DNA of 63,883 bases, the filler included, from Asterionella formosa (taxonomy: Eukaryota), in assembly GCA_002256025.1 (NCBI GenBank). It is 3 parts of 3 records of this genome, joined end to end, with 100 filler letters (N's around TTAATTAATTAA, not from the genome) between each part and the next. Parts side by side here need not be neighbours in the genome. Positions count along the whole stretch, not along the records: positions 42,691 to 63,883 come from NKIB01003081.1; 2 more parts are not named here. One strand, 5' to 3'. The position numbers and the translations under genes are program-made. Below, piece after piece: positions 61,935 through 63,883 of this stretch. The number at the start of each line of letters is the position of its first letter. Position 1 is the first letter of the stretch. The notes under the pieces are model-generated. The model made no database searches. It was not told the origin of the DNA and saw nothing but the letters and a program-made list of their open reading frames with translations.

Positions 61935-62996
61935 ATGAAGTTGTTATCCATCCTCCCCCTCGCCTTCGCTGCTGCTCCAGCAAGGGCTGGACTTCGCCAA
62001 TTGCAAAGCCCACATTTCACAAATGTCAAAGACGCCATTCAATATGCTGTTGACAATATCACATCGATCGTCGAAGCAGATAAGCGGATTGGCTACAAGT
62101 TCGTCCGTCTCGGATTTCATGATTGCGTTGGAGGATGCGATGGATGCGTCGACCTTCTAAACCCTGATAACAAAGGGCTCGACGTACCCATCAATATCCT
62201 AAGTGACATTGTTACCAATTGTGCTGTTTTGAATATCACTCGAGCTGATATCTGGGCACTCTCTGCCATGGTTTCTGTTGATCTGCTGAAAAGCGAACCA
62301 GATGTTGTCTTTCCCTTCAATTGGTACGGTCGCCCCACGTGTGACCAGCTCCAGGCCCAGTTCCCATGTAAAGCTGGGAACTGCGGCGCCACCCGCGGCC
62401 CGGAACGTAACTTACCTTCCCCAAATTTCGATACCAAACAAGTCTTGACCTATTTCAAGGACCAGTTCGGATTTACAACCTCCCAGACTGTGGCATTGAT
62501 GGGTGTCCACGCTATTGGACTTGTTACCCGAACAAATTCTGGTTTCGTCGGACAGGGTTGGAGCAAGTCTACATCAATACTGAACAACCAATACTATAAG
62601 GCTCTGGTAGGTCCAAACAACACCCTTCAAAGTCGAATAAAGCAAACACACTTATGGCAACACCGCGAAATAGTCAACACGGATATCGTTGATATGCCGA
62701 ATCGCCATCAGTGGACTTTTGATAACCTTATTATGCTGAATTCCGACATTGCCTTGGTCCGGAATTTCACTGGACGAATGAATACCACGTCTGGTAAAGT
62801 CCTTTGCGACTTCCGAGGAGTTCGTCGCTGCCCCGCAGCACGCACAACAATACTACTCATGCAAAAGTTCCGAAATGACAACTTGCATTGGTTGACAGAA
62901 TTCAGTAATGTCATGAAATTAATGTTGGAGTATCCTGTCGATACAAGCACTCTTTCTTGCTCAGTCGATGGACTGTGCCACCTTCCACCGAGGTGA
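61935..62996 (+). CDS. Secreted heme peroxidase, intronless tandem paralog
   Basis: Signal peptide plus LRQLQ; RLGFHDCVGGCDGC, TRADIWAL, GVHAIG, MLNSDIAL. Confidence 0.93.
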   Translation: MKLLSILPLAFAAAPARAGLRQLQSPHFTNVKDAIQYAVDNITSIVEADKRIGYKFVRLGFHDCVGGCDGCVDLLNPDNKGLDVPINILSDIVTNCAVLNITRADIWALSAMVSVDLLKSEPDVVFPFNWYGRPTCDQLQAQFPCKAGNCGATRGPERNLPSPNFDTKQVLTYFKDQFGFTTSQTVALMGVHAIGLVTRTNSGFVGQGWSKSTSILNNQYYKALVGPNNTLQSRIKQTHLWQHREIVNTDIVDMPNRHQWTFDNLIMLNSDIALVRNFTGRMNTTSGKVLCDFRGVRRCPAARTTILLMQKFRNDNLHWLTEFSNVMKLMLEYPVDTSTLSCSVDGLCHLPPR

Positions 62997-63883
62997 TATT
63001 TTTTCTTTTCACATCAAAAGTACATATATATTGGACTTAACATATATTCTCCTTTACAAAATGGGGCTTGGTGCTAATTTAAGAGTATCATAATGTGTTT
63101 GAAATCCATTACTTTAACCATCTTGCAGTGTGGGTACTGCATTTAAGACAATATTGGGTCAGTCTCGTTTCCCATCTATCTGGGCGCAAAAGAATTAATG
63201 AAGCCATGATGATACAGCCATTATTAAGAGCCAACTCTGACAGTTTGAAAAGGTAAACTTTCACCTATTTCAAATACATTGCACCACCTTTCTAGGAATG
63301 ACTGTCAAACTGTTTTGCAATGCTGCATTTCTTCATAGATAGCTAAAACTGGTCTTCTATGAAACATGCGTTTATTTTCAAATGGATACCAGCCAGCAGC
63401 ACAAACACTCTTTGAACATTTTGACACACTGTTCCTATCATGATCCTCTTTGTCAAGAGAACAGTACTGCCTGAACCTCCCGCAGTTAGAGAATCCTGAA
63501 ACTTCAAGTGTCAAAAATAGATAATAACAAAGCCACAATCTTGGCAAGGTATACGTGGTCCCTAAGGGCTGATCTTAACAGAGATACAATTTTTTTAAAT
63601 TTTTTTGCATCTTCAGGAAAAACAAAAATTACTGAATAAGAACCTGGCTCAATAACGGCAAATCAGATTGACTTTTTTCGTGTCTCTGCAAACATGTGCA
63701 TCAGATTCAGCAAAATTATAGCGATGTGGTATAATCAATCCTACTGCGCTTCACTTTTACAAACTAATGCCATTGCAGGATTTTTTGGATGCAAGGGACT
63801 AATCATTCGACCTAACACATGAGCGCCTGTCATCGAAATGGTAAACAAGGCACAACACAATAACTAGTAAGCTAGAATCAGCC

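Overview
Eukaryotic nuclear DNA, most likely a pennate diatom (inference from short GT-AG introns of about 60-145 bp, signal peptides followed by RxL or RGG motifs, and the gene set). It comes from a draft scaffold with N gaps and artificial TTAATTAATTAA linkers. About 19 protein genes are supported: bHLH factor, YjbQ, signal-peptide helical protein, CCR4/EEP nuclease with a nested Mut7-C domain, Patched/NPC1-like protein, NifS/SCLY-like lyase, K-channel-like protein with a non-canonical filter, SPFH/HIR, a hypothetical protein, ABC1 kinase, large TPR protein, Tim44-like protein, PEX5, FAM173-like methyltransferase, secreted Lys/Pro/Cys-rich protein, a hyper-acidic nuclear protein, PFAS/PurL and two tandem secreted heme peroxidases. 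AT-rich intervals hold a Copia RT relic and a decayed two-gene DNA transposon. The most interesting signals are: (1) a hidden pseudogene, absent from the ORF track, with a P2X7-ballast/KolX-like domain beside a DDE transposase (Kolobok-like); (2) the EEP::Mut7-C nested nuclease; (3) a spliced 158-aa prothymosin/ANP32E-ZID-like candidate histone chaperone; (4) the LTGQGGP channel filter; (5) TACC(A/T/-)GG clusters upstream of most genes; (6) several non-coding fold-back structures. All family assignments come from motif recognition by eye; no searches were run.
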